A stretch of DNA of 64,000 nucleotides from Marinilabiliaceae bacterium UBA5213 (GCA_002412555.1 DHVH01000309.1:490-64489); one strand, 5' to 3'. Shown: positions 1 through 10,906, counted from the first letter of the stretch. Translations and numbers: made by a program. Notes: generated by a model not told the origin, from the sequence alone.

Positions 1-912
1 TGGCGCGATTTGATCGACTTTGAAGGCAATGCCAACGCTTTGCGTTTGCTTACCCACCAGTTTGCCGGTCGACGCAAGGGCGGGTTTGGCATGACCTATA
101 CAACCGTGGCCTCCATCGTTAAATATCCTTATGCTTCTGGGACAGAAGGATTAAAGAAATACGGGTTTTTCCAGTCCGAAAAGAACAGTTACCAACACAT
201 CGCCAGGGAGCTGGGACTGAAAGAACATCCGCAACGGCCTGGTGTGTTTGCGCGCCATCCACTGGTTTATCTGGTAGAAGCAGCCGATGATATTTGCTAT
301 CAAATCATGGACATTGAAGATGCCCATAAGCTGGGCATTCTTTCAACAAATGAGACCAAAGGCCTTTTGCTGGCCTATTTTGATGCTCATGAGGAAGCTG
401 ATCAACTGGCGCGCATGGAAGCTACCTGTACGGAAGTGACAGATACCAACGAGCAAATTGCTTTTATCAGGGCTACAGTTATCGGTAAGCTGGTGAGACA
501 GTGTAGCGCCCTGTTCATCGAAAACCACGATCAAATTCTGGATGGAACCTTTAAGGGTTCTTTGGTAGCTCATCTTACCGGAAGTGCAGCTGAGGCCATG
601 AAGCGCTGCGAACAAACCGGCTTCAACACCATTTACAAACACCCCTCGGTGGTGGAGATTGAAATTGCCGGCTTTCGCATTCTTGGTTCTTTACTCAAAG
701 AATTTACCCAGGCGGTGATGCACCCCGACGATCATTTTTCGGGCTTGTTGCTCCCCTTTATTCCGCAGCAATACCGGGTAGATGTGCAAGCTCCGGTTCA
801 CCAAAAAATTCAAACAGTGCTGGATTTTGTGTCGGGCATGACCGATGTGTATGCTCTTGATTTGTTCCGCAAGATCAATGGTATTGCAGTGACGGATAAA
901 CGTTTTAAGTAA
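1..912 (+). CDS. dgt: dGTP/dNTP triphosphohydrolase (HD family), 5' partial
   Basis: Frame is open from base 1. Motifs FEGNA, KYP, RHPL-LVEAADDICY-D-ED and DFVSGMTD-YA are typical of dGTPases. Confidence 0.92.
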   Translation, partial: WRDLIDFEGNANALRLLTHQFAGRRKGGFGMTYTTVASIVKYPYASGTEGLKKYGFFQSEKNSYQHIARELGLKEHPQRPGVFARHPLVYLVEAADDICYQIMDIEDAHKLGILSTNETKGLLLAYFDAHEEADQLARMEATCTEVTDTNEQIAFIRATVIGKLVRQCSALFIENHDQILDGTFKGSLVAHLTGSAAEAMKRCEQTGFNTIYKHPSVVEIEIAGFRILGSLLKEFTQAVMHPDDHFSGLLLPFIPQQYRVDVQAPVHQKIQTVLDFVSGMTDVYALDLFRKINGIAVTDKRFK

Positions 913-1811
913 TGACCGGTGCTGCTGTTGATTATAGCTATACGGTAGAAAATAATTCTGCTCAATTGCGTCTGGACGACTTTCTGCCGGGATGTTTTAT
1001 TGGGTTGGAGACCAAGTCGGCCGTTAAAAAGGCCATAAAAAAAGGACAGGTTTTGGTTAATCAGCAAACTGCACGGACCGCCATTATTCTCTCTGCAGGT
1101 GACATGGTTACCTGGTCAAAACCGCTGAAGGATCAGCAGCGGGTATTGCAACTGGAGCTGGTTGTAGTTTATGAAGATGATCATTTGGCGGTGATCCATA
1201 AACCTGCCGGTATTATTGTTAGCGGAAACCAGTTCAGATGCATTGAGAATGCCCTGCCTGGAAATTTAAAGGCCTCGGGACAGCCGGATGCCTTGCCCGC
1301 ACCACTGGCCATCCATCGCCTGGATGGCTTGACATCCGGACTGCTAATAACCGCCAAGACCTACAGTGCGCACCGCAGTATGGGTGCCCAAATGCAAAAC
1401 AAAGCCATCCATAAAATTTATACAGCTCTGGTTATGGGTGAACCTCCAACGCATGGCGAATGGAATTCCCCCATTGAGGGTAAGGAGGCTTTAACGCGCT
1501 ATGAAGTCCTCGAAAGCTGGTCTTCACTCCGCAGTGGTCGCCTCTCGCTCGTAAAACTCTTTCCGGCTACCGGACGTACCCACCAATTGCGCATACATCT
1601 TTCTCAGGCAGGCTTTCCCATTTTAGGTGATGCCTTGTATGGTGACGAGGGTCAGGTGCTCCAACACAAAGGGCTGTTTTTATGTGCCACAGGTTTGAAA
1701 TTCTATCATCCGGTCAGTGGGGAACAATTGGAGCTAAACATTGATCCTCCACCCAAATTCAAGGCTTTTCCGGAGGCTGAGCAAAGAAGGTTTCTAAAGT
1801 ATGAGGAATGA
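912..1811 (+). CDS. RluA/RluD family pseudouridine synthase
   Basis: N-terminal S4-like RLDDFL segment, HRLD-TSG catalytic motif and TGRTHQLRIH. TAATG overlap with dgt. Confidence 0.93.
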   Translation: MTGAAVDYSYTVENNSAQLRLDDFLPGCFIGLETKSAVKKAIKKGQVLVNQQTARTAIILSAGDMVTWSKPLKDQQRVLQLELVVVYEDDHLAVIHKPAGIIVSGNQFRCIENALPGNLKASGQPDALPAPLAIHRLDGLTSGLLITAKTYSAHRSMGAQMQNKAIHKIYTALVMGEPPTHGEWNSPIEGKEALTRYEVLESWSSLRSGRLSLVKLFPATGRTHQLRIHLSQAGFPILGDALYGDEGQVLQHKGLFLCATGLKFYHPVSGEQLELNIDPPPKFKAFPEAEQRRFLKYEE

Positions 1812-1898
1812 GTTCAGGTAAGCAATAGGAAAAATCATTGCTGTAGTAGTCAAAAAATATTATTTTCGGGACTTCTACATCATTTCATAAACGGACTT

Positions 1899-3449
1899 AT
1901 GGCGACAGAGCAGACATCAACCTCAAATGAACATACAACCGGAAGCAAAGGTTTGTTGAGATGGATCGAACTTCTGGGGAATAAATTGCCCCATCCTTTT
2001 TGGATGTTTGTGTGGATCACGATTTTTATTATCGGACTGAGTGCCATTGCTGCCTTGTTTGGTGTCAGTGCCATTGACCCCGGAACAGGCCAGGAGGTAA
2101 TGGCCAAAAACCTTGTATCAGGTGAGGGCTTGCGCAGATTCCTGGAAGAAATGGTGACCAATTTTGCCCACTTTGCCCCCTTTGGTCTGGTGCTGGTGAT
2201 GTTAATGGGGGTTTCTGTGGCCGAGAAGAGTGGACTTCTACCCATTGCCTTGCGCACCATGGCTTTTGCCGTGCCACGAAAGGTGGTTTTGCCGGTTATC
2301 TTTATGATTGGTGCTTGTGGCAATATCGGTTCAGATGCAGGTGTGGTGATTGTGCCACCAATTGCCGCACTCATATTTATGCAAATGGGCTTGCATCCCA
2401 TTGCCGGACTCATTGCCGGCTATGCCGGAGCCACCGCCGGATTTACGGCCAACTTTTTTATTGCGGGGACGGATGTCCTTTTGGCGGGTATTAGTACCGA
2501 TGTGGCTTCCAGACTGGATAGCTCCATTGAGGTGAGCGCTACTGCCAACTGGTATTTCATGATTGCTTCTACTCTAATGTTGGGACTAGGTGGTGCTTTT
2601 GTTGCTTCCCGGTTTACCATTCCAGGATGTAAGAATCTGGCCATCGGAGAAGAAGGCGTGCAGGCCTTTAAGGATAAACCCCAGTTAAGTCCGATTGAAA
2701 GAAAGGGCATGATCTATGCAGGCTGGGCTGCTCTGGCTATTATTGCTATTGTTGTTGCTTTGGTGGCGCCGGCTAACGGTCCGCTCCGCAATCAGGAAAC
2801 GGGCGGGGTGGTGCCTTCCCCTTTTCTGCGAGGACTGGTGCCCATTCTCTTTTTCTTTTTTGCCATTCCCGGTTATGTGTATGGCAAGGTAACGGGCTCC
2901 ATTAAAAAGCCGGACGATCTCCTGAAATTCATGGAATTGGGCATGAAGGACTTGTCGGGTTACATCGTTCTAATGCTGGTTGTGGCACAGTTCATTAATT
3001 TGTTTAGCTGGAGCCGCCTGGATACCATTTTGGCCATTAATGGTGCGCAGTTTTTGCAGGCTTCCGGACTAACTGGTCCGGTGATGTTCACGCTGTTCAT
3101 GATGATTGTGGCCTTTCTGAATATTTTCATCGGCAGCGGATCAGCCAAATGGGCCATATTTGCACCTATTTTCATTCCTATGCTGGCGCAATTGGGCTAC
3201 AGTCCGGCATTTATCCAGCTCATGTACCGGGTGGGTGACTCCATAACCAATTGCGTTAGTCCGCTCTACATCTATTTTCCCCTCTTGATAGGATGGGTGC
3301 GAAAGTATGACAAAGATGTGGGAATAGGAACCATCCTTTCACTGCTGGTGCCCTATAGCGTTATACTGTTTGTGATGTGGGTAATTATGCTCTTTGTATG
3401 GTATTGGCTGGGTTTGCCCATAGGCGTTGGAGAAGGCATTTATCTATAG
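1899..3449 (+). CDS. AbgT family transporter (p-aminobenzoyl-glutamate transporter-like)
   Basis: IE-LGNKLPHPF, NF--FAPFG-VLV, GRHP-like MGLHPIAG, SGSAKW and YRVGDS-TN motifs; many TM helices. Confidence 0.92.
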   Translation: MATEQTSTSNEHTTGSKGLLRWIELLGNKLPHPFWMFVWITIFIIGLSAIAALFGVSAIDPGTGQEVMAKNLVSGEGLRRFLEEMVTNFAHFAPFGLVLVMLMGVSVAEKSGLLPIALRTMAFAVPRKVVLPVIFMIGACGNIGSDAGVVIVPPIAALIFMQMGLHPIAGLIAGYAGATAGFTANFFIAGTDVLLAGISTDVASRLDSSIEVSATANWYFMIASTLMLGLGGAFVASRFTIPGCKNLAIGEEGVQAFKDKPQLSPIERKGMIYAGWAALAIIAIVVALVAPANGPLRNQETGGVVPSPFLRGLVPILFFFFAIPGYVYGKVTGSIKKPDDLLKFMELGMKDLSGYIVLMLVVAQFINLFSWSRLDTILAINGAQFLQASGLTGPVMFTLFMMIVAFLNIFIGSGSAKWAIFAPIFIPMLAQLGYSPAFIQLMYRVGDSITNCVSPLYIYFPLLIGWVRKYDKDVGIGTILSLLVPYSVILFVMWVIMLFVWYWLGLPIGVGEGIYL

Positions 3450-3572
3450 ACTGAAAATCAGGGGATTGATTTTTTGGATTAGTGTAAACTTTTCAATATT
3501 TTCACCACTGCGGCTTATTTTGGCCGTTTTGCGATAGACGGAACTTGAATAGTAATCCTCAATAATATTTTT

Positions 3573-4265
3573 ATGCCATACCGAAGGTTGCCAAATACCG
3601 ACCAGGCAAGGTTAAGGGCGCTTAAGGCTGCCATGAACATGGGTTCCTTGCTGAGTCCGGCCGATCTGGCATTCTCCCAAAAGAGCCTTATGCAGCTAAA
3701 AATATTTTACCCTCATTTTGAACAGGTGTTGGCTCAATATCAGCAAAATCGCGACCGTCAGGCTAAAATCGGCAAACTTTTAATGGATCAGTTTCGCGCA
3801 GCGCGCCTGTATGTATCTCATTTCTTACAGGTGATCAATTTATGTATTGCACGTGGGGAGTTAAAACCTGATATACGCCAATTCTATGGCATTGATGAAG
3901 ATGAGCGGTCTGTTCCGGAGATAGGTACCGAACAACTCCTACTGCATTGGGGTAAGTGTGTTATTGAAGGAGAAGAGCAGCGCATAGCGAAGGGGGCCAC
4001 ACGTATTTATAACCCTTCATTGGCCATGGTGCGGGTTAAGTTCGAAAAATTTTTGGAGCTGTATAACACGCACAAGGATTTGCTGAATACCTCTCAAAAA
4101 TTGCTGAATAAAGTGGTTGAATTCAGGACGCAGTCTGACGCCCTGATCACCAATCTGTGGAACGAGATAGAAGCGGCGCATGATCAATTGGAGCCGGAAT
4201 TAAAGCGTGAGAAATGCACTGAGTACGGTGTCGTTTATGTCTACCGGCCCACCGAATCGCGCTAA
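3573..4265 (+). CDS. Conserved hypothetical protein (MPYRRLPNTD-type N-terminus, helical)
   Basis: Clean 230 aa ORF whose N-terminus resembles a Bacteroidota conserved hypothetical family. Confidence 0.75.
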   Translation: MPYRRLPNTDQARLRALKAAMNMGSLLSPADLAFSQKSLMQLKIFYPHFEQVLAQYQQNRDRQAKIGKLLMDQFRAARLYVSHFLQVINLCIARGELKPDIRQFYGIDEDERSVPEIGTEQLLLHWGKCVIEGEEQRIAKGATRIYNPSLAMVRVKFEKFLELYNTHKDLLNTSQKLLNKVVEFRTQSDALITNLWNEIEAAHDQLEPELKREKCTEYGVVYVYRPTESR

Positions 4266-5179
4266 GAAGGCAGTAGCTTTCTGCCTTTACGCGACCATTT
4301 CCAAAACAAATAAATAAATCCTACCGCAACCACAAGGCTTAACAGCGCAACTGACAATGCCGGTGTGGCAATGCCCGGATCAAATGGATCTATGTCTGGT
4401 TTGCTATACCTGTAATAATGAAAGACCATTAAAGAGGACAGGTTATTGAAAAAATGGGCCGCAATGGGGTACCATATACTGCCTCCATATACCAATAAAT
4501 ACCCCAACAAGGCACCTAAAACGAAGCGCGGTGCAAAAGTGAGAAACTGCATGTGAATGGCGCTGAATAGGAAGGCAGTTATCCAAATGGCAGCATGGTG
4601 GTTTTTGAAAATCTTCTGAAGTAGCGGTTGCAGAGCACCGCGGAAAAGCATTTCCTCTCCCAGTGCCGGCAGAATGGCAATCATAAACACGTTGAACAGA
4701 ATGGTCGGCAAATGTTTTGTATCCAAAAACTGGAATATGATTTTGTTGGCACTTGCTTCTGTCTGATGCATCCAATTATAGAGCGGGGCCAGATAGTCGG
4801 GCAAGGATATCTGAGCGTTTACCATGCCTATCCAGCTCACGAAGGGCTGAATAGCCAGGATGGCCAACATGGCTATAATAACCCACGTGCTTTTTGTGCC
4901 TGTAAACCATAGCCATTGTGCCGGCTTCTCGGAAAACAACCAGGCAGCCAAGGCTGCCGGCACTATAAATACAGCGATGCTTTGGACCACTTGCAAATAC
5001 TTCAGGAAGGCTATTGAGCCGCTGCCCTGCATCAAGTCAGTTAAAGCCTCCAATCCTGTAAACGGAATAGCTGCGGCTATGCCAAGAGCCGTGATCAATA
5101 GAGAAGAAACAATGACCAGGCAAAGAACAAAAATGAGCTGCAAAAAGGGATGTAGTTGCGCAAGCGATCCTTTTCTCAT
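4262..5179 (-). CDS. CPBP (CAAX/Abi) family intramembrane glutamic protease
   Basis: EEMLFRG, FSAIH and H-FNN motifs; multi-TM. Start placed at MRKGS (5179). Confidence 0.9.
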   Translation of the reverse strand: MRKGSLAQLHPFLQLIFVLCLVIVSSLLITALGIAAAIPFTGLEALTDLMQGSGSIAFLKYLQVVQSIAVFIVPAALAAWLFSEKPAQWLWFTGTKSTWVIIAMLAILAIQPFVSWIGMVNAQISLPDYLAPLYNWMHQTEASANKIIFQFLDTKHLPTILFNVFMIAILPALGEEMLFRGALQPLLQKIFKNHHAAIWITAFLFSAIHMQFLTFAPRFVLGALLGYLLVYGGSIWYPIAAHFFNNLSSLMVFHYYRYSKPDIDPFDPGIATPALSVALLSLVVAVGFIYLFWKWSRKGRKLLPS

Positions 5180-5460
5180 ATTTCTAGATACTTTATTTTT
5201 TCTTATTTTCTGGTGAATGACCAGTCCGTAAAAATAGTCTTTTAATAGGTAAACCAAAAATGGATTGCTGCCTCAGCGACACTAAATGGGGCATTTCAGA
5301 ATCCATAATTTTGGGGGCTTTATTGGGGCTTATCCTTCTTTGCAATCGTTTGTTCTCCGCAGTAGACTTTTCGTCAGGTTTTTTCAGTTGTCCGTCAAAG
5401 AGCCGCAACTACGCATGTGGCCCCCCCGTATTGGGCTTTAAAAAAACAAATCATTTACGT

Positions 5461-7215
5461 ATGAAAAAACCGGCTTTGCTATCCTTATTCTTTCTCAGTT
5501 TTAATGTTCTTCTATTATCCGGTCAGGCGCGTTTGAATCATCCTGCCAAAATGCACCAGGCAGAAAATGGTAAATTGTATGTTAATAAACACCAGCCCAT
5601 GTATTTATACATAGGCAGTACGCCCACTTCTACAGAAAACATGCACCGCTTGGAAAGTCATAAAACCCCTCAGTATACCAATCCATTTTATTTTGACACC
5701 GAAGGTTTAAATACCATTCGTACCCCTTCGCAGGTCGATACCATCACCAAACAGGTGGTTTATCCGGTGGCTGATATCGTCTTTGAAGTGTTTGCTGATG
5801 GCCTGGCACCCACCACAAAAGTAATGTGGTCAAATGCCGTTCGCTATGTGAATAGTGGAAAAGTGTTTTATGGCAAGGGATTGAGCGTAAGCATGACAGC
5901 GACAGATCAGATGTCGGGCGTGCAAAACATCTATGTGAGCAGGAACAGCCAGCCCTATACTGCTTATACTGACACCTTACATTTTGAAGAAGAAAGCGAT
6001 TACACGATTAGGGTTTATGCCGTAGACCATGTGGGCAATGTGGAAGAGGATAAAACTTTTGAATTCTCGATTGATGCTACCCCGCCGGTTGCCAATTGGA
6101 GTCTGGAAGGTAATGTTCACGGGAGGGCGGCCTCGGGTGATTCGAAAATTATTATAGCAGCTAAAGACAGTCGGTCAGGATTGAAGCAAATTCGCTACCA
6201 AATAAATGATCAGCCTGTACGAATTTATAAGGACGGAATTAATCTGAGTGCTTTGCCAACCGGAGAGTATGCGTTAAAATACTGGGCCGAAGACAATGTG
6301 GGGAATGTTTTTGAAGGAAATGATGTGGGGACCAGTGTTATTGCTTTTGTGGTTGACAGAACGCCGCCTACAGCGTCGTCTTTGGTCCTGGGCGATCAGT
6401 CTGTGGGTAAGGTTTTATATGTGTCACCGCGCAGCCAGATTGAACTCAGTGCCAGAGATACGGTATCGGGTATTCACAATATTATTTATGGCTATAGTCA
6501 ACGCTTCATGGATGAGATTTATGAAGCGCCTTTTGCGCTGGAGGACAAGCACGGACTGCAGACCGTTTGGTTTCAGGCTCTGGACATGGTTTCTAACCGT
6601 TCGGTTATTGAAAAATTAACTGTTTTCATGGACAATGAGGCGCCCATTTCAAGAATTGAGTATGATGGACCTCAGTTTTTTACACGCGACACCCTTTTCA
6701 TCTCCAGCGAAACAACTGTTCAGCTAAAATCTGAAGATGCTGATTCGGGGGTAGATCAAATTGAGTACCGGATCAATGGAGGCTCTTTTCAAAGGGGGCA
6801 AAAGTTCAAACTGCCTAATGGGGGGTTTCATACCATTGATTTTAAGGCCACAGATAAAGTTCTAAACGTCGAGGCAGAGAAGCAAAGTGAATTGGTGGTC
6901 GATAATGAAGCGCCCGAAATCTATGTTAATTTTAGCATTAAAGCATTGCGGGAAGAGGAGCTAGATGGTGAAAAAATTAGCGTCTATCCTCCGTATGTAA
7001 AGATGTATATTGGTGCTACCGACCGCTTCTGTGGCACACAGGATATTTTCTATGCCATTGACGGGGGTGAAAAACGCTTATATGGAGGTGCCAACTCGCC
7101 GTCCGGCAATGAATTGTTTAAGGATGAAAAATTGTATGAGGTGCATGTGGAGGCCACTGATAAGTTAGGTAATTCAAGCCTTAATGCCATAAAATTCAGA
7201 GTGGCCAAAAAATAA
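5461..7215 (+). CDS. Secreted protein with repeated Ig-like/OmpL47-type beta-sandwich domains
   Basis: Signal peptide MKKPALLSLFF. Repeats of D-x-x-[AP]P...A-D--SG...Y-A-D-VGN. Start taken at 5461 rather than 5260. Confidence 0.7.
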   Translation: MKKPALLSLFFLSFNVLLLSGQARLNHPAKMHQAENGKLYVNKHQPMYLYIGSTPTSTENMHRLESHKTPQYTNPFYFDTEGLNTIRTPSQVDTITKQVVYPVADIVFEVFADGLAPTTKVMWSNAVRYVNSGKVFYGKGLSVSMTATDQMSGVQNIYVSRNSQPYTAYTDTLHFEEESDYTIRVYAVDHVGNVEEDKTFEFSIDATPPVANWSLEGNVHGRAASGDSKIIIAAKDSRSGLKQIRYQINDQPVRIYKDGINLSALPTGEYALKYWAEDNVGNVFEGNDVGTSVIAFVVDRTPPTASSLVLGDQSVGKVLYVSPRSQIELSARDTVSGIHNIIYGYSQRFMDEIYEAPFALEDKHGLQTVWFQALDMVSNRSVIEKLTVFMDNEAPISRIEYDGPQFFTRDTLFISSETTVQLKSEDADSGVDQIEYRINGGSFQRGQKFKLPNGGFHTIDFKATDKVLNVEAEKQSELVVDNEAPEIYVNFSIKALREEELDGEKISVYPPYVKMYIGATDRFCGTQDIFYAIDGGEKRLYGGANSPSGNELFKDEKLYEVHVEATDKLGNSSLNAIKFRVAKK

Positions 7216-7241
7216 TCATTTGCCAGCCGCTAACCACCACA

Positions 7242-7281
7242 GCCACCAACATAATATTTCTTTATGTTGGTGGCATTTTTT
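7242..7281 (+). terminator. Intrinsic terminator
   Basis: GCCACCAACATAA/TTATGTTGGTGGC inverted repeat followed by a T run. Confidence 0.8.
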
Positions 7282-7319
7282 ATGCTTTATAATTAATAGT
7301 GTTTTGTAACTTTACCTAT

Positions 7320-7438
7320 TGTCCGATAGCGGACAGTGGGCGTCCCGGAATCAGACACTTTTTAACTCATGATAGAAATCATGAATTAATACATCTACCA
7401 ATAAATTAATGACTTATGTATTTTGGCAAGATGATTGT
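7320..7438 (+). promoter_or_regulatory. Putative sigma54 promoter with upstream enhancer palindrome
   Basis: TGTCCG-atag-CGGACA (7320-7335), a degenerate second site (7342-7357), and TGGCAagatgaTTGT (7424-7438; GG-N10-GT). Confidence 0.55.
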
Positions 7439-7480
7439 TAATTTTCGCAACATATCTTTAACCGCTAAATATATTGCACA

Positions 7481-8200
7481 ATGAGTAATAGTATTATCCG
7501 GGTGGAAGCACTTCACAAGTCCTATGTGAACGGCAGCAATTCACTTCATGTGCTTAAGGGCATTGACATGGACATCCAAAGAGGAGAAATGGTCAGTATT
7601 ATGGGATCTTCTGGTTCCGGAAAATCTACCCTGCTGAATATATTGGGCATTTTAGATAATTATGATGCCGGGTCTTATCATCTGGATGATATTCACATCA
7701 CCAAAATGAATGAGACCAAAGCGGCTCAATACCGAAACAAATACATAGGCTTTGTTTTCCAGTCGTTCAACCTTATTTCGTTTAAAAATGCCATGGAGAA
7801 TGTGGCCTTGCCTTTGTATTACCAAAAGGTCAGTCGCAAAAAGCGAAACAATGTAGCCATGGAATACCTCGAGCGAATGGGACTTAGGGAGTGGGCACAC
7901 CATCTGCCTTCTGAATTGTCGGGCGGACAAAAACAGCGCATTGCCATTGCGCGCGCTTTGATATCCAAACCGAAAGTGATTTTAGCCGATGAACCAACGG
8001 GGGCGCTGGATTCACAGACTTCCATGGAGGTCATGGAAATTCTGAAGGAAGTCAACCAGACCGGCATTGCCATCATCATTGTAACCCACGAAAACGATAT
8101 TGCCAATCAAACGCAACGCATAATCCGCTTACGCGATGGGGTTATTGAATCTAATCATATCAATCATTCCTTTAAGCTGGAATCGGTTGAAGTCAATTAG
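7481..8200 (+). CDS. ABC transporter ATP-binding protein (MacB/LolD-like)
   Basis: GSSGSGKST Walker A, LSGGQKQR signature and ADEPTGALD. Confidence 0.95.
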   Translation: MSNSIIRVEALHKSYVNGSNSLHVLKGIDMDIQRGEMVSIMGSSGSGKSTLLNILGILDNYDAGSYHLDDIHITKMNETKAAQYRNKYIGFVFQSFNLISFKNAMENVALPLYYQKVSRKKRNNVAMEYLERMGLREWAHHLPSELSGGQKQRIAIARALISKPKVILADEPTGALDSQTSMEVMEILKEVNQTGIAIIIVTHENDIANQTQRIIRLRDGVIESNHINHSFKLESVEVN

Positions 8201-8319
8201 TCAATTTTTTGAATCTTTGACGCTATTTTGAAAGATTGAAATGTCGGTTTTTTCTTAGTGACACGAGTAAATAAAAGTTGCTCTCAGATACTGTATATGT
8301 TTTATTCAATATTCTCAAA

Positions 8320-9567
8320 ATGTTCGATTATATAGAAGAAATACTGTCCACCCTTAAAAAGAATAAGTTAAGGGCTGTAATGACCGGGTTCAGCGTGGCG
8401 TGGGGTATTTTTATGCTCATTATTTTGTTGGGCAGTGGCAATGGTTTGCAAAATGGCATGGAGTTTAATTTTAGGAACATTGCCAAAAATGCCATTCAAA
8501 TTTGGCCGGGCCGTACCAGTGAGAATTTTGAGGGACTGGGAAAAGGGCGAAGCGTGCAGTTCACCAATGAGGATTATGATTTAATGAAACGTGAGCTGAG
8601 CGGGATTGATGACATCAGCGGCCGTTTGTATCTCTGGTCGGATGTAGCCATCACCTTTGAAAAGCAATACGCCAATTATACGGTCACCTGTGTCATGCCT
8701 GAATTTATTAACATCCGACTCATGGATATAGTAAAAGGACGGTTTATCAATCACATGGATATCAAGGAGAACAGAAAGGTGATTGTGCTATCTCAAACCA
8801 TTGTGGATATGCTCTTTAAAGAGACTGAACCTCTGGGCGAGTACGTGAAGGTAGGCGGCATATATTTTCAGGTGGTAGGGGTGCTAAGCAACCCTACGGA
8901 CAAGAATTCGAAGGATGCTATTTTGCCCCTGTCAACTGGTCAGCGCGTGTTTAATGGCGCCAACCGTTTAAGTAATTTGGCATTGACTACCACCTCAACA
9001 ACTGTGGAAGCCAATAAGCAAATTGAAGAAGAAATAAGAGGTTTTCTGGCTAAGCGACACCGATTTTCTACAACGGATCAGGAAGCGATTTATGTTTGGA
9101 ATACTTTAGAGAGCTTTAAACAGGCACAAGGTGTTTTTGCTGGCATCCGAATGTTTGTCTGGGTAATTGGTATCATGACGATTATTGCCGGCATTGTTGG
9201 CGTAAGTAATATCATGATCATTCTGGTAAAAGAAAGAACCAAGGAAATTGGGATCCGAAAAGCCATAGGAGCAACCCCCTGGAGTGTGGTGTTGTTGGTT
9301 TTGTCTGAATCGCTCTTTATTACCGCAGTAGCCGGATTGGTAGGGATGTTGTTTGGCATGGGCATCTTGCACATTGCCAGCACTGTGCTGACCAATGTTG
9401 CGGCAACAAATGAGACCATCCGCTTTATATTTTACAATCCATCCGCCAATTTTGGAGTGGCCATATCTGCTACCGTTCTTTTGGTGGTGGCGGGCTTATT
9501 GGCCGGTTTTATTCCGGCACGCAAAGCGGCGGGCATTAAGCCTATTGAGGCCTTGCACGACGAGTAA
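8320..9567 (+). CDS. ABC transporter permease (MacB/FtsX family)
   Basis: NKLRA-MT...WGIFML, V-ERTKEIGIRKAIGA and PARKAA-I-PIEAL. Start at MFDYIEE. Confidence 0.93.
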   Translation: MFDYIEEILSTLKKNKLRAVMTGFSVAWGIFMLIILLGSGNGLQNGMEFNFRNIAKNAIQIWPGRTSENFEGLGKGRSVQFTNEDYDLMKRELSGIDDISGRLYLWSDVAITFEKQYANYTVTCVMPEFINIRLMDIVKGRFINHMDIKENRKVIVLSQTIVDMLFKETEPLGEYVKVGGIYFQVVGVLSNPTDKNSKDAILPLSTGQRVFNGANRLSNLALTTTSTTVEANKQIEEEIRGFLAKRHRFSTTDQEAIYVWNTLESFKQAQGVFAGIRMFVWVIGIMTIIAGIVGVSNIMIILVKERTKEIGIRKAIGATPWSVVLLVLSESLFITAVAGLVGMLFGMGILHIASTVLTNVAATNETIRFIFYNPSANFGVAISATVLLVVAGLLAGFIPARKAAGIKPIEALHDE

Positions 9568-9625
9568 GCGAGGTGAGTGATCCAATTTTGGGGCGTTGCC
9601 ACCATAACCATTAAAACAAGATACC

Positions 9626-10906
9626 GTGTTTGACAAAGACAGATGGCAGGAAATTTTCAATGCCATAAAACAGAACAAGTTGCGCAGTGTGCTCACTGCA
9701 TTCGGCGTATTTTGGGGCATTTTTATGCTGGTGACCATGACAGGTGCTGGTAATGGACTGATGAATGGCATTACAGATGGATTCAAAGATTTTGCTTCCA
9801 ATAGTGCTTTTGTCTGGGCCAACAACACCACCAAGCCCTACAAGGGTTTCAGGCAGGGACGTCAATGGAATTTCACCAATGACGATATGGCTTCCATTCG
9901 CCGCGAAGTGCCAGAAGTGGACGTGCTGGCACCTAAACTTCAGGGTTGGAACATCTCCAATGGTGAGAATGTGATTCGGGGATTGAAAACCGGCTCTTTC
10001 AGGGTCAACGGTGAAATGCCGGAATACAATTTGATTGATCCCAACGAAATGGTTTATGGCAGGTATATTAATGACATGGATATTCATCACCGACGAAAAG
10101 TATGTGTCATTGGCGAGCGGGTGTATGAGGTGATGTTCGATAAGGATGAAGACCCGGTTGGCGAATACATGAAAGTGAGTGGGGTGTGGTTTCAGGTAAT
10201 AGGGGTGGCCCGGTCCAAAAATCCCAACATTAACATAGGTGCCGATAAAAAGGAGGTAGTATCTCTTCCGTTTACAACCATGCAACAGACTTTTAATTAT
10301 GGCAATGATGTTCATTTTTTTGGGTTTACTGCCCGTAAGGGTGCAAGTGTTTCGGAAACAGCAGAAAAGGTGACGCAGGTTTTGAAGAGCAAGCATTCCA
10401 TTGATCCGGAGGACCTGGAAGCAACCGGTCACTTCAATGTGGAGGAACAGGTGAAGATGTTGAATTATATGTTTTTGGGCATCAATGCTTTGATTTGGAT
10501 TGTGGGTATAGGCACATTGATTGCCGGGGCAGTGGGCATTAGTAATATTATGTTGGTAATTGTGCGCGAACGTACCAAGGAAATAGGCATACAGCGTGCC
10601 ATTGGTGCCCGACCCTGGACCATTGTGAGCCAAATATTGACAGAGTCTGTGTTCCTGACAACCATTGCCGGTTTTCTGGGTCTGGCGCTGGGGACGCTTG
10701 TATTGCATGCCGCAGATATGGCCATCATAGCAGCCCAGGCTGCCAAAACTTCGGAGGAGGGCACCTTTTTTAAGAGCCCGGAGATAGGCCTCCCAATGGC
10801 GCTGATTGCTCTGGCTGTATTGGTCATCACGGGTTTGATAGCCGGCTTAATTCCGGCGCAAAAGGCCATTCGCATCAAGCCCATTGAAGCCCTCAGACAC
10901 GAGTAA
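9626..10906 (+). CDS. ABC transporter permease (MacB/FtsX family), paralogue
   Basis: GTG start; same motifs (VRERTKEIGIQRAIGA, PIEALRHE). Confidence 0.93.
   Translation: MFDKDRWQEIFNAIKQNKLRSVLTAFGVFWGIFMLVTMTGAGNGLMNGITDGFKDFASNSAFVWANNTTKPYKGFRQGRQWNFTNDDMASIRREVPEVDVLAPKLQGWNISNGENVIRGLKTGSFRVNGEMPEYNLIDPNEMVYGRYINDMDIHHRRKVCVIGERVYEVMFDKDEDPVGEYMKVSGVWFQVIGVARSKNPNINIGADKKEVVSLPFTTMQQTFNYGNDVHFFGFTARKGASVSETAEKVTQVLKSKHSIDPEDLEATGHFNVEEQVKMLNYMFLGINALIWIVGIGTLIAGAVGISNIMLVIVRERTKEIGIQRAIGARPWTIVSQILTESVFLTTIAGFLGLALGTLVLHAADMAIIAAQAAKTSEEGTFFKSPEIGLPMALIALAVLVITGLIAGLIPAQKAIRIKPIEALRHE

Noticed and set aside
5260..5460. Upstream start of the 651 aa ORF
   Set aside because: The signal peptide begins at 5461.
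9611..10708. 365 aa minus-strand ORF
   Set aside because: Antisense shadow of the ABC permease with no recognisable motifs.
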